Assembly (NCBI GenBank): GCA_042408215.1
Contig: JAYFMW010000020.1
Span: forward strand, 544,001-608,000
DNA: 64,000 bases
From: Microcoleus sp.
Lineage (GTDB): Bacteria > Cyanobacteriota > Cyanobacteriia > Cyanobacteriales > Microcoleaceae
Direction of reading: 5' to 3'
Each line of letters starts with the position of its first letter. The stretch's first letter is position 1. A model generated the notes under the pieces. That model had not been told where the DNA came from and ran no database searches. It was given only the letters and a program-made list of their open reading frames with translations. The translations under genes and the position numbers were made by a program. This document shows, one piece after another, positions 18,529 through 27,035 of the stretch.

Positions 18529-19890
18529 GTGAACTACCCACACTGACTTGGAGTACCAAGTACAGTGTCGGCTTCTGTACTCACAGGCGAATACCTCAAG
18601 ACAGACTTGCGTCCCCATGAAGGTCTGACATCCCCTCCTACAGCAGAAACGGCTGAACCATCCGTCTTTAGCATTCTGATCCCCTCTGCTCTAATATTGA
18701 TAGCTGCGTTTCCATCTCGGTCACGATCAGTACCACAATTAGGACAAGTCCATTCACGAACATCTAATGGCATCTCACTGACTTGATAGAAACAATTAGA
18801 ACAGAGTTTGGAACTGGGAAACCATCTATCAATCTCAACTAACTTAGCGCCTTTTCGTTCTAGTTTATAGGCTAAGAAATTACTAAAATTTCCCCATCCT
18901 GCATCAGATATTGATTTGGCAAATTTATGATTACGAACCATGCCTTTGACATTAAGATTCTCTACTATAACAGCTTGGCTATCGCTGACTAACTTATGAC
19001 TAAGTTTATGTAGAAAATCTTGCCGGGAATTACTAACTCGTTCGTATAATGCGGCAACAACTTGACGATATTTATTTCTGGATTTACTCCCCTTTTGTTG
19101 ACGCGCTAATTTTTTCTGTTGGCGTTTGAGATTTTTCTCATGTTTAGCAAGGTGTTTAGGATGATCGTATTTAGAAACATTTTCGCCATCAGTGACAACT
19201 GCAAAGTGTTTTAACCCTAAATCAATACCGTAAATCTTACCTTCTGAAACAGTCGGGTTTTCTCCTTCAATTTCTGTTAGGATAGATGCCAAATATTTGC
19301 CTGATGGTGTTTTACTAATAGTTACAGTCTTGATTTTCCCCTCAATTAGTCTATGTATTTTGGCTTTGACTATCCCAATCTTGCCAGGAAGTTTGACATT
19401 ACCATCAACAATTTTGACGTTTTGAGGGTATTGAATTGACTGTTTACCATGTTTAGATTTAAACTTAGGGAAACCTGCGCGTTGCTCAAAAAATTTTTTA
19501 TATGCTGTGGTTAGATTAAGTGTTGTAGATTGTAAAACTTGGCTATAACAATCAGCTAACCACAGCGTATCTTCGGCTTTTTTGAGCTTAGGTAGTAGGG
19601 CGTTGAGTGCTACCTGTCCCAGCCCTTTACCCGTATCTCGATCAACCTCAATGGATTTATTTAAGGCATAATTCCACCACCACCGCGAACATCCAAATAT
19701 TTGGGCTAGTAGTGCTTCTTGCAATGCAGTTGGATACAGACGGACTTGTACAGCTTGATGTAGCACTCAAGATCACCTCCTGGTCTGAATATCTTACTAC
19801 ATAATACTGAAAAAAGATTTGGTCAACTCCGTACCTACACCGCTCACCTGGGTACAGGTAGAGCGGGGGACTTCCCGGCGGTGTAAGTTA
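18529..19890 (-). mobile_element. IS200/IS605 tnpB-only element (left boundary approximate)
   Basis: Right end ...GTGTGGGTAGTTCAC at 18529; hairpin CCGCTC...GAGCGG at about 19840-19866. Confidence 0.75.
18534..19766 (-). CDS. tnpB: RNA-guided endonuclease TnpB, catalytic triad intact
   Basis: VRLYP, GIDLG, VENL, CSNC/CPNC, DRDGNAAINI. Confidence 0.95.
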   Translation of the reverse strand: MLHQAVQVRLYPTALQEALLAQIFGCSRWWWNYALNKSIEVDRDTGKGLGQVALNALLPKLKKAEDTLWLADCYSQVLQSTTLNLTTAYKKFFEQRAGFPKFKSKHGKQSIQYPQNVKIVDGNVKLPGKIGIVKAKIHRLIEGKIKTVTISKTPSGKYLASILTEIEGENPTVSEGKIYGIDLGLKHFAVVTDGENVSKYDHPKHLAKHEKNLKRQQKKLARQQKGSKSRNKYRQVVAALYERVSNSRQDFLHKLSHKLVSDSQAVIVENLNVKGMVRNHKFAKSISDAGWGNFSNFLAYKLERKGAKLVEIDRWFPSSKLCSNCFYQVSEMPLDVREWTCPNCGTDRDRDGNAAINIRAEGIRMLKTDGSAVSAVGGDVRPSWGRKSVLRYSPVSTEADTVLGTPSQCG

Positions 19891-20003
19891 AATTCCTAGG
19901 CAGATAGCTGGATGGAACCTAATTTTTTCACTTCCTGAAAAAAACAATTGAATGCAAGTTTTTCACTTTCCAGTTTTCCTAAGCAGTATTCAAAATATCA
20001 AGC

Positions 20004-20684
20004 CTAAAGTTCTGCCCATTTCCGCAGCAGATTAGCGTGAGTTTTACTCAGCAGATCAAACTCAACAGTCTTCCCTTGCTTCTCGAAAATGGCTCGACGC
20101 ACCGTATCGAGATCAAACAAAATTTCACGCTCTTGAGTATCTCGCACTAAGCTTTGTACCCAAGTGACTGCTGCTAAACGAACTCCTCTAGTCACCGTTG
20201 CGACACGATGCAATGCGGTGGATGGGTAGACAATCATCGATCGAGCCGGTAGTTTAAAGGACTGTTCCCCCAAACTCGTATCAATTACGAGTTCACCCCC
20301 ATCATAGGTATCAGGTGCACTTAGAAATAAGGTAACAGAAATATCCGATCGCGTCAGGAACTCTTCACCCACGATCGCGTTATCAGTATGTAAGCCATAT
20401 TCCATCCCTGTTTCATAGCGGCTGAAGAGAGCCGGACGAATAATTTTAGGACGCACAACAGCCTGAAACAAAGCATTGCGTTTGAGTGCCTGATTCACAA
20501 TTGCCTTAACAGACTCCGCCGCATCTGTGTTGCCTTCAAGCTGTTGATTGTGCTTCACTATTTTAGCATAGACTCCAGCCGTTAGTTTCCCATCCACAAA
20601 CTCAGCTTCTTTGAGGATCTGGTAGATCTCATCCAGTTCTTCAGGAGTTAAAACATTGTCAATTGCAAGAATCATAACACTCAA
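20004..20684 (-). CDS. PKHD-type Fe(II)/2-oxoglutarate hydroxylase (PiuC/YbiX-like)
   Basis: FVDGKLTAG..K.NQQ, YGLHTDNA, RSDISVTLFLS.P..YDGGEL, LHRV..VTRGVR. Confidence 0.92.
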   Translation of the reverse strand: MSVMILAIDNVLTPEELDEIYQILKEAEFVDGKLTAGVYAKIVKHNQQLEGNTDAAESVKAIVNQALKRNALFQAVVRPKIIRPALFSRYETGMEYGLHTDNAIVGEEFLTRSDISVTLFLSAPDTYDGGELVIDTSLGEQSFKLPARSMIVYPSTALHRVATVTRGVRLAAVTWVQSLVRDTQEREILFDLDTVRRAIFEKQGKTVEFDLLSKTHANLLRKWAEL

Positions 20685-20725
20685 ACACCGCTCTGTTTAA
20701 TTACAAGGTTGACTTCTGAAATTAT

Positions 20726-21019
20726 AAGAAATACCCTGAAAACCCTGCGACTTTAGTCCAGGGATGAAAGGGCGTTGCAGGATTTATCCTGCCTGCCCCA
20801 TCTTGACAAACCGATTTTGGTTTGATCAAGTTGTTGAAACCTAGTTGGTGAAAAACCCGACAGTTGCAAGCCGTTAGGCAAAAAAGTAGCCATAGACTCA
20901 GCAACTCGCTGTGTGGGTAGCGGGTATCTGACTTACCCTTTAAGAACCGAAGTTTGGGTGGATTCATCCCCAAAGTTTGTCCTTAAGAATCCCCGCGTCT
21001 TCAGACCGGGGAGTGTCAA
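20726..21019 (+). mobile_element. 294-bp non-autonomous IS605-type mini-element, copy 1
   Basis: Follows TTAT, carries end hairpins and finishes GGGGAGTGTCAA; near-identical inverted copy at 41810-42103. Confidence 0.9.
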
Positions 21020-21264
21020 TTCTTACCCTTTTCACCGCCCTCTCCGCCTTCACCGCCTTTACCAGGTTTACCCTTTTCACCGCCCTCACCCTTTTCACCG
21101 CCTTGACTACTGCTAGAGACACTAGGGGAGGGGCTGGTTAGAGAAGAGGAGGGGCTTGTTGAAGAAGATGTGGGTGTTACAGCACCTATGGCTGCACCAG
21201 CGCTGGCTGCAAGGCTTGCAGTCAATCCCAGGCTCAGAAACAGGGCTACTGATTTAGAATTCAT
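21016..21264 (-). CDS. Small exported protein with Ser-rich linker and Gly-X-Y (GEK/GEG) tail
   Basis: Signal-like MNSKSVALFLSLGLTASLAA, AAGGAG RBS; current stop codon is supplied by the inserted element. Confidence 0.8.
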   Translation of the reverse strand: MNSKSVALFLSLGLTASLAASAGAAIGAVTPTSSSTSPSSSLTSPSPSVSSSSQGGEKGEGGEKGKPGKGGEGGEGGEKGKN

Positions 21265-21310
21265 TCGCGTTCTCCTTATTGGTGTTCCAGAATCATGCCA
21301 ACATCATAAA

Positions 21311-21338
21311 TGGCAAAAAGTAAAGATTTAGGAAAGAT
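21311..21338 (-). promoter_or_regulatory. Putative response-regulator direct-repeat box
   Basis: ATCTTTCC-TAAA-TCTTTAC-TTTTTGCCA, 47 nt upstream of the 82-aa gene; same motif at 24108-24134. Confidence 0.6.
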
Positions 21339-21387
21339 GGTGCGATCAGTTTTGGGGATAGTAAATTCTATCAAAAACGATTAATCA

Positions 21388-21474
21388 ACCTAACGGTTCT
21401 GTTCAGCGGCGGCTAGTAACCTTTGAATAGCGACCAAGATGTCTCTATCGTCCGCTGCAACACATTTGTTAGGC
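21388..21474 (-). other. attC-like site (87 bp)
   Basis: Minus strand GCCTAAC AAATGTGTTGCAGCGGACG...GCCGCCGCTGAACAGAACC GTTAGGT; fits RYYYAAC/GTTRRRY. Confidence 0.7.
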
Positions 21475-21537
21475 TGATTAATTGTAGTTAGTTGTTAATG
21501 AGAAGAATCTCTGACACCAGCGCCCTAATCTTCAGGT

Positions 21538-22110
21538 TTACGCTTTAGCAGCTCGACTTCGGAGAATACCTGTCATCTGAATCCCTGTTACCAACATTGC
21601 CAATAGCCCTAAACCTACGAGGAGTACATACACAGCGCGTAATTCCTTCCCTAGATAACTACCTTGATGGATATCCAGAAAGAACTTGGCTTGCTCATCC
21701 GATAGACCAAACCATGCTTTGCCAAGACGGTACGTGATACCTGTTGATGCGCTCACGAATAAGGGTAAGAAGAAAACTGGAGCCAGAAAACCATGCACCA
21801 GACGAAAACTAAATTTTGCAGGTTTTGATTCACCCTCGCTGTTTTTTCTCCGTTGCTTGATCATGGTGATCCCACTGACTAGCATAGCTGCTAATCCTAA
21901 ACCTACAAGCAACACATAAACAGGCACCAGAGGCTTGCCTAGATACCCCCCCTGATGAATCGTCATCATGAATTCACCAAACTCATCCGATAGGCCAAAC
22001 CAAGTTCTGCCGATGCGATAAGCCATACCACTAAAGGCACTTAGCAGTAGCGGTAAAAATAGGATTGGGGCAATTTTGCGGTGTAATTTACGCAAGTTCA
22101 TAGTGGACAT
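21538..22110 (-). CDS. PepSY-associated TM-helix protein (internally duplicated)
   Basis: Two repeats of H..(I/L)AP..FLPL...G..YR.G..WFGLSDE...IHQG.YLGK; start codon uncertain. Confidence 0.75.
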   Translation of the reverse strand: MSTMNLRKLHRKIAPILFLPLLLSAFSGMAYRIGRTWFGLSDEFGEFMMTIHQGGYLGKPLVPVYVLLVGLGLAAMLVSGITMIKQRRKNSEGESKPAKFSFRLVHGFLAPVFFLPLFVSASTGITYRLGKAWFGLSDEQAKFFLDIHQGSYLGKELRAVYVLLVGLGLLAMLVTGIQMTGILRSRAAKA

Positions 22111-22159
22111 ATAGTTTACCAACTTAATTGTGAATTGCTTGCTGATTTATGTTTTTGAA

Positions 22160-22409
22160 GGACAGGGCAATGCCCATTAGTGTCAACAATCGCCTGAAAC
22201 CCTTGAGAAATCTGGGTTTTACGCCAAGTCTAGATCCCCCTAAATCCCCCTTAAGAAGGGAGTAGGGTGTGAGTAGGGGTTGACTTTGAAAAGACTCTTA
22301 TCCCCCCCTTCTTAAGGGGGGCTAGGGGGGATCTAGACTTTGCCTAAAAGCGACATTTATATGGGTTTTAGGCGATTGTTGACACTCCTTGGGCAATGCC
22401 TTGTCCCTA
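22160..22409. mobile_element. MITE with GTGTCAAC...GTTGACAC terminal repeats, flanked by REP-like arms
   Basis: About 24-bp TIR AGTGTCAACAATCGCCTGAAACCC; internal CCCCTTAAGAAGGG hairpins. Confidence 0.8.
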
Positions 22410-22467
22410 GGGGGAGCGATCGCTAGGCGGGTGTACTTCATAAACGTGGAATCTGCTGTATGTTGAT

Positions 22468-22907
22468 CGGAAAAATGGGTTTAAAACCTCGTCCTTCTAG
22501 GACGAATTTTTATTAAGATCAATAACAAAACTACCGAATTACTGTGGTTTTTTGTTAACATATTAGTGGTTTGAAAAGACCCGCCCGAATCAAAGATACT
22601 CCGAAATAAATAGCAAGGTTGAAAGTCCTGTGGGGTTGAGATTAGAAACTGGGGAAGCGGATGTAAGGCAATGGGAAATCCAACCTTTAACGCATTAATT
22701 AACAAATTAAACAAAAAGTTTAACTTAGTGAACGAGGTTAATCTTAAGTCGCGGGAGGGCTAACGAGACTTAAAACGGACGTGGAGACAGTGTAAGACTA
22801 CTTTTTCAGTAGCAACAGTCTGCGAAGCGTCAACCCCATTCAGCGACCATCCTAAAAAGGTGGCGTGGTGAGGAATCCCCGTCCGTTTACGGCGGGGTGG
22901 ATGTCAA
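22468..22907 (+). mobile_element. Non-autonomous IS200/IS605-derived element with omegaRNA-like 3' end
   Basis: Preceded by TTGAT; left end GGGTTTAAAACCTCGTCCTTCTAGGACG; right end GAATCCCCGTCCGTTTACGGCGGGGTGGATGTCAA. Confidence 0.8.
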
Positions 22908-22983
22908 GGCTCCAATCTCAAACTGTATTCCTATAGAATTTGATGTAGTGCAGGAGGGTTTGACCCTCCTATTTTGACTACGA

Positions 22984-24063
22984 TCAAATAAAGTCGGATA
23001 CATTGATCAGCGATGAATTGACACCCTGCAACGTTGCCAGAGTCTTGCCAGTACCAGCGAGTAGAAGCAGCGTATCATTTGCTGCGCTGCCACTCCCAGG
23101 CACAATCTGAATGTCTGAAAATCTCAAATCATTGAGTTTGAACTTGTCTATGCCATCCTGAAAATCGGTGAAGACATCAGCAAATTCGTACCCAGACTGG
23201 TTGGACTTGTACTGGACTTCAAATAAGTCGCTGCCCACACCGCCTGTCAAGATATCTGGGCCTTGGCCACCAACTAGGATGTCGTCTCCATCGCCACCAA
23301 GTAGTATGTCGCCGCCCTTGCCTCCTTTGAGGTAGTCATTCCCCACACCACCGTTGAGCCGATCGTTGCCTTTCTTTCCGTCGAGTCGATCGTTGCCGGC
23401 GCTACCTTCTAAAACATCATCGCCATTGATGCCTTCGAGGTTGCTTGAGTAGAAGTTGTTGCCTGATTGGTCAGATTGGCTATACTGAACAGAATTGCCT
23501 GATGTGCCCGATTGGTAATACTGATCGTTAGTTCCTGATTGGTCCGATCGACCATACTGAACAGAATTGCCTGATTGGTCCGATTCGACATACTGAACAG
23601 GATTGCCTGATGTGCCCGATTGGTAATACCGATCGCTAGTGCCTGATTGGTCCGATAGGCTATACTCAACGCGAGCGCCTGATTGGCCCGATTGGCTATA
23701 CTGAACAGAATTGCCTGATTGGCCCAATTGGCCATATTCATAGCGATCGTCTGATTGGCCCGATTGGCTATACTGAACAGAATTGCCTGATTGGCCCAAT
23801 TGGCCATATTCATAGCGATCGTCTGATTGGCCCGATTGGCTATACTGAACAGAATTGCCTGATTGGCCCAATTGGCCATATTCATAGCGATCGCCAGATT
23901 CACCCGATTCGCCAGATTCACCCGATTCGCCAGATTCACCCGATTCGCCAGATTCACCAGATTCGTCGTATTTATTACCATTATTGAGGGAAAATGCCGA
24001 TCGGGACACTCCAGAAGAATCTGCCGAGTCCAGTCCGAGGAATAGTGATACTGATTGAGACAT
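22984..24063 (-). CDS. RTX/hemolysin-type Ca-binding protein with low-complexity GES and Y-S/G-Q-S repeats
   Basis: GNDRLDGKKGND/GGDGDDIL nonapeptides; N-terminal SGE repeats and QYSQSGQS repeats. Confidence 0.85.
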   Translation of the reverse strand: MSQSVSLFLGLDSADSSGVSRSAFSLNNGNKYDESGESGESGESGESGESGESGESGDRYEYGQLGQSGNSVQYSQSGQSDDRYEYGQLGQSGNSVQYSQSGQSDDRYEYGQLGQSGNSVQYSQSGQSGARVEYSLSDQSGTSDRYYQSGTSGNPVQYVESDQSGNSVQYGRSDQSGTNDQYYQSGTSGNSVQYSQSDQSGNNFYSSNLEGINGDDVLEGSAGNDRLDGKKGNDRLNGGVGNDYLKGGKGGDILLGGDGDDILVGGQGPDILTGGVGSDLFEVQYKSNQSGYEFADVFTDFQDGIDKFKLNDLRFSDIQIVPGSGSAANDTLLLLAGTGKTLATLQGVNSSLINVSDFI

Positions 24064-24107
24064 GATAAATTTCCTTTTTCTCTATATTTCTATCCCTCTA
24101 TTGAACT

Positions 24108-24134
24108 TGGCAAAAGTAAAGAAGTCGGAAAGAT
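24108..24134 (-). promoter_or_regulatory. Putative response-regulator direct-repeat box
   Basis: ATCTTTCC-GACT-TCTTTAC-TTTTGCCA, 45 nt upstream of the RTX gene. Confidence 0.6.
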
Positions 24135-24239
24135 AGGTAGCAAAGAACACAATTTTTCTGAACAGGACTTACGCACAGTCTCTACATAAGCGCGTTTTGT
24201 AGGGTCATATCCTTTCCGGTTGCATCGGAATGATACCGA

Positions 24240-24492
24240 GGACACTCCAAGAGCCCATTGGTGTCAACTTAACGTCAAACCCAGTCAGAGACTGCTGTTT
24301 GACTATTAAGCCTAGATCCCCCCTAGCCCCCCTTCCCAAGGGGGGGACAAGAGTCTTCTCAAAGTCAACCCCTACTCACACCCTACTCCCTTCTTAAGGG
24401 GGATTTAGGGGGATCTGGACTCAGGTAAAAACGAGATTTATCAAGGCTTTCAGGCTTAAGTTGACACCTATGGGCTCCTGGAGTGTCCCTAC
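24240..24492. mobile_element. MITE (GTGTCAAC family) with REP-like outer arms
   Basis: GGTGTCAACTTAA...TTAAGTTGACACC; outer arms GGACACTCCA...TGGAGTGTCCCTAC. Confidence 0.8.
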
Positions 24493-24632
24493 CCCATTAA
24501 TTGTAGGGACACGGCACTGCCGTGTCCTCCGTTTATATCATTCCGATGAAGAGAGGATTTAATATCAATCCCCGTGGTTGCCCCTATTCCTGGGATTGTT
24601 GCGTCCAGGACTACTTAAGTAATCATATTGTT

Positions 24633-26075
24633 TCAGTGCTTGGCGTAACTCAGGACAGGGAAATAAACCTGAAACTGGCTTCCCAATCCCGGTTGACTGG
24701 TGACGGTAATCTTGCCGCCGTGATGGTGGGCGATCGCCTGTGCAATTGCTAAACCCAACCCGGAGCCACCGTAATGATGTTGGCGGGCTGGATCGGCTCT
24801 CCAAAAGCGATCGAAAATATAAGGGAGATGTTCGATCGCAATCCCAATACCTGTATCTTCGATCTGAATCACTACACCATCTGAGCGCTTTTGTGTTGAG
24901 ATTGTGACCATTCCCCCGGCTGGGGTATATTGCAGAGCATTCAAGATCAGGTTTAAAAATAGGCGATTTAGCTGTTCACCATTGCCTTGAATCGAAACAT
25001 CTAGAACCAAATGAGATTTCAGGGCGATGTTCTTTTGCTCTGCTTCGCTTTCCACTAGGAGGAGCAAATCCTGTAACATTTCATGCAAGTCGATGGTTAG
25101 CCAATCCTGTTTGTTGCTAAAGGGCGATCCATCCATCCGCGCCAATAACAGCAAGTCTCCCACTAAAATAGACATTTGTTCTGAAGCACTAGCGATCGCC
25201 GACAATTTCGAGACATCTGCGGGATGAATCCGTTCAGGATGGCTCTGCATCACCGATACCGAAGCACGAATCGCCGTTAGCGGGTTACGAAGTTCATGAG
25301 AGGCGTCGGAGGTAAACAGTTTAAGTTGCTCCAGACTGCTGAGGATCGGTTTCATTGATTCTCGTGTTAGCCAAGCGCTGCTAATAGTAATGATGCCTAG
25401 CATGACGATGCCGATACTGCCAAAGCTCCATCCCAATCGCCGAAGTTCTTCCTCCAGGGGAATCGTAGATGTACTAGCGCGAACATACCCGACAAGTTCG
25501 CGATCGGCGTTCACCCCCAATTTATAGACAGGTAAAACATAGCTGCGGATTTTATCATTTTGCGAGAATGTCCCAGAAACTTCTACAGAGTTGGGGAGAG
25601 GAGGCTGAGACAATATCCGTCCCTCTGCAACCATAAGATTTCTAGCATCGTCAAACCATTCCAAGCCATTTAGACTAGACAGCGAACTTTTAGATGGAAT
25701 CTCCAAGGCAAGATTTGGCTTGAGCAAGGAATCTGTTTCATACTTCCCCATTAGCTCTATCAGTGTTAGAGGATTTAAAGTGTCGAGTCTTTGACTCGAT
25801 CTATACTGCCGATGCTTTTCCTCAAGAGATAACTCGTCGTACTCATGCTTGATGATTTCTAAGGTGTGAGTCCCTGAAACAGCTAACTGCTGTAGGCGAG
25901 TGTTAACCTCTCGATTGCACTCATATTCAGTCACTCGATAGGCTACTATCCCAAACACCCCCAAGATGACCGCCATCGCGCCAAAATAAATCACCAACAG
26001 TCGATTTCGGACTGAGCGTACCTGCGGGTTAGAATTTTGGATTGAGCCGATACCCCATGCCATAGACAGTTTCAA
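24633..26075 (-). CDS. Sensor histidine kinase (start uncertain; overlaps the regulator gene)
   Basis: Two transmembrane segments, FTSDASHELRNPL, NALQYT, DTGIG, GSGLGL. Confidence 0.9.
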   Translation of the reverse strand: MKLSMAWGIGSIQNSNPQVRSVRNRLLVIYFGAMAVILGVFGIVAYRVTEYECNREVNTRLQQLAVSGTHTLEIIKHEYDELSLEEKHRQYRSSQRLDTLNPLTLIELMGKYETDSLLKPNLALEIPSKSSLSSLNGLEWFDDARNLMVAEGRILSQPPLPNSVEVSGTFSQNDKIRSYVLPVYKLGVNADRELVGYVRASTSTIPLEEELRRLGWSFGSIGIVMLGIITISSAWLTRESMKPILSSLEQLKLFTSDASHELRNPLTAIRASVSVMQSHPERIHPADVSKLSAIASASEQMSILVGDLLLLARMDGSPFSNKQDWLTIDLHEMLQDLLLLVESEAEQKNIALKSHLVLDVSIQGNGEQLNRLFLNLILNALQYTPAGGMVTISTQKRSDGVVIQIEDTGIGIAIEHLPYIFDRFWRADPARQHHYGGSGLGLAIAQAIAHHHGGKITVTSQPGLGSQFQVYFPVLSYAKH

Positions 26076-26706
26076 TCAAATTAGGTGGTGCTCCAGCAGT
26101 TGTCAGCTTCCGCCGCAAGCTCTGTAAATGAACTTTAACAGTTTCTTCGCCCGGTGACTCTTCAAACAACCAGATTTTGTCGAGAATTGACTGTCGGCTC
26201 AGCACGCAACTGCCATGACGAAGAAATAACTCTAATAAAGCATATTCTTTCGGGGTTAGCGTTATAGATTGCTGATTGTAGGTGACACGACACTGATTGG
26301 GGTTCAGTGTTAGCCTTTCCCATTCCAAAACAGGCGAAAAGACGACGCTAGTTCGTCGTAATAGTGCCCGAATCCGCGCCAATAATTCGGGTAAATCAAA
26401 GGGCTTGACAACATAATCATCGGCTCCAACATCCAGCCCCAACACTTTGTCGCAGCTTGTATCTCGTGCTGTCAGCATCAGAATCTGAGTTTTATTGCCA
26501 GCCTGTCGCAGTTTTCGGCAGAGCGAAATCCCGTCTAGTTTAGGCAGCATCAAGTCTAGGACAATTAAGTCAAAGGAACCTGTTTCGGCGAAGGCCAATC
26601 CTGACTCACCATCTCCAACCATCTCCACAACATAACGCTGTTCCGTCAAGGCTTCAGCGATTGCTTTAGAGATGCGAAAATCATCCTCGACTAATAATAT
26701 TTTCAT
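26029..26706 (-). CDS. OmpR-family response regulator
   Basis: MKILLVEDD, DLMLP, GADDYVVKPF, IETVYGMGYRL. Confidence 0.96.
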   Translation of the reverse strand: MKILLVEDDFRISKAIAEALTEQRYVVEMVGDGESGLAFAETGSFDLIVLDLMLPKLDGISLCRKLRQAGNKTQILMLTARDTSCDKVLGLDVGADDYVVKPFDLPELLARIRALLRRTSVVFSPVLEWERLTLNPNQCRVTYNQQSITLTPKEYALLELFLRHGSCVLSRQSILDKIWLFEESPGEETVKVHLQSLRRKLTTAGAPPNLIETVYGMGYRLNPKF

Positions 26707-26933
26707 TACTTGACGGAGGGAATTACCTGAATCAGCCCGGTTTGGAAGGCTTCGTCGTAGGTGATAATGGGCAAACTTTCGAGTTCAATGGCGAGTTCCA
26801 TAAATTTGGCCTGATGTAATATCTGCGAATATTCCTCGACTAGCTGTTTAGCTTCGGGAAGTTTGCCGATGCGGTATTTGGTGGCAATTTCCCAGGCGGA
26901 GGCGCTGCTAAGGATAATCTTCTGGATCAGCAT
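26706..26933 (-). pseudogene. PIN/VapC toxin remnant with N-terminal and internal deletions
   Basis: SSASAWEIATKYRIGKL...LPIITYDEAF; the usual H.DPFDR segment is missing. Confidence 0.65.
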
Positions 26934-27035
26934 AAATTAAATTCTCCGGTGGTTGGTGGTTAATTAATCAGTGATATGGTCTTTATAGTAATTTGAAATT
27001 CGGTTTTTGCGCCCCGCTGCTTGCCGCCCAACCAT

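Noticed and set aside
23409..23981. 190-aa alternative-frame ORF (NRANQAIL repeats)
   Set aside because: Frame shadow of the repeat region of the RTX gene.
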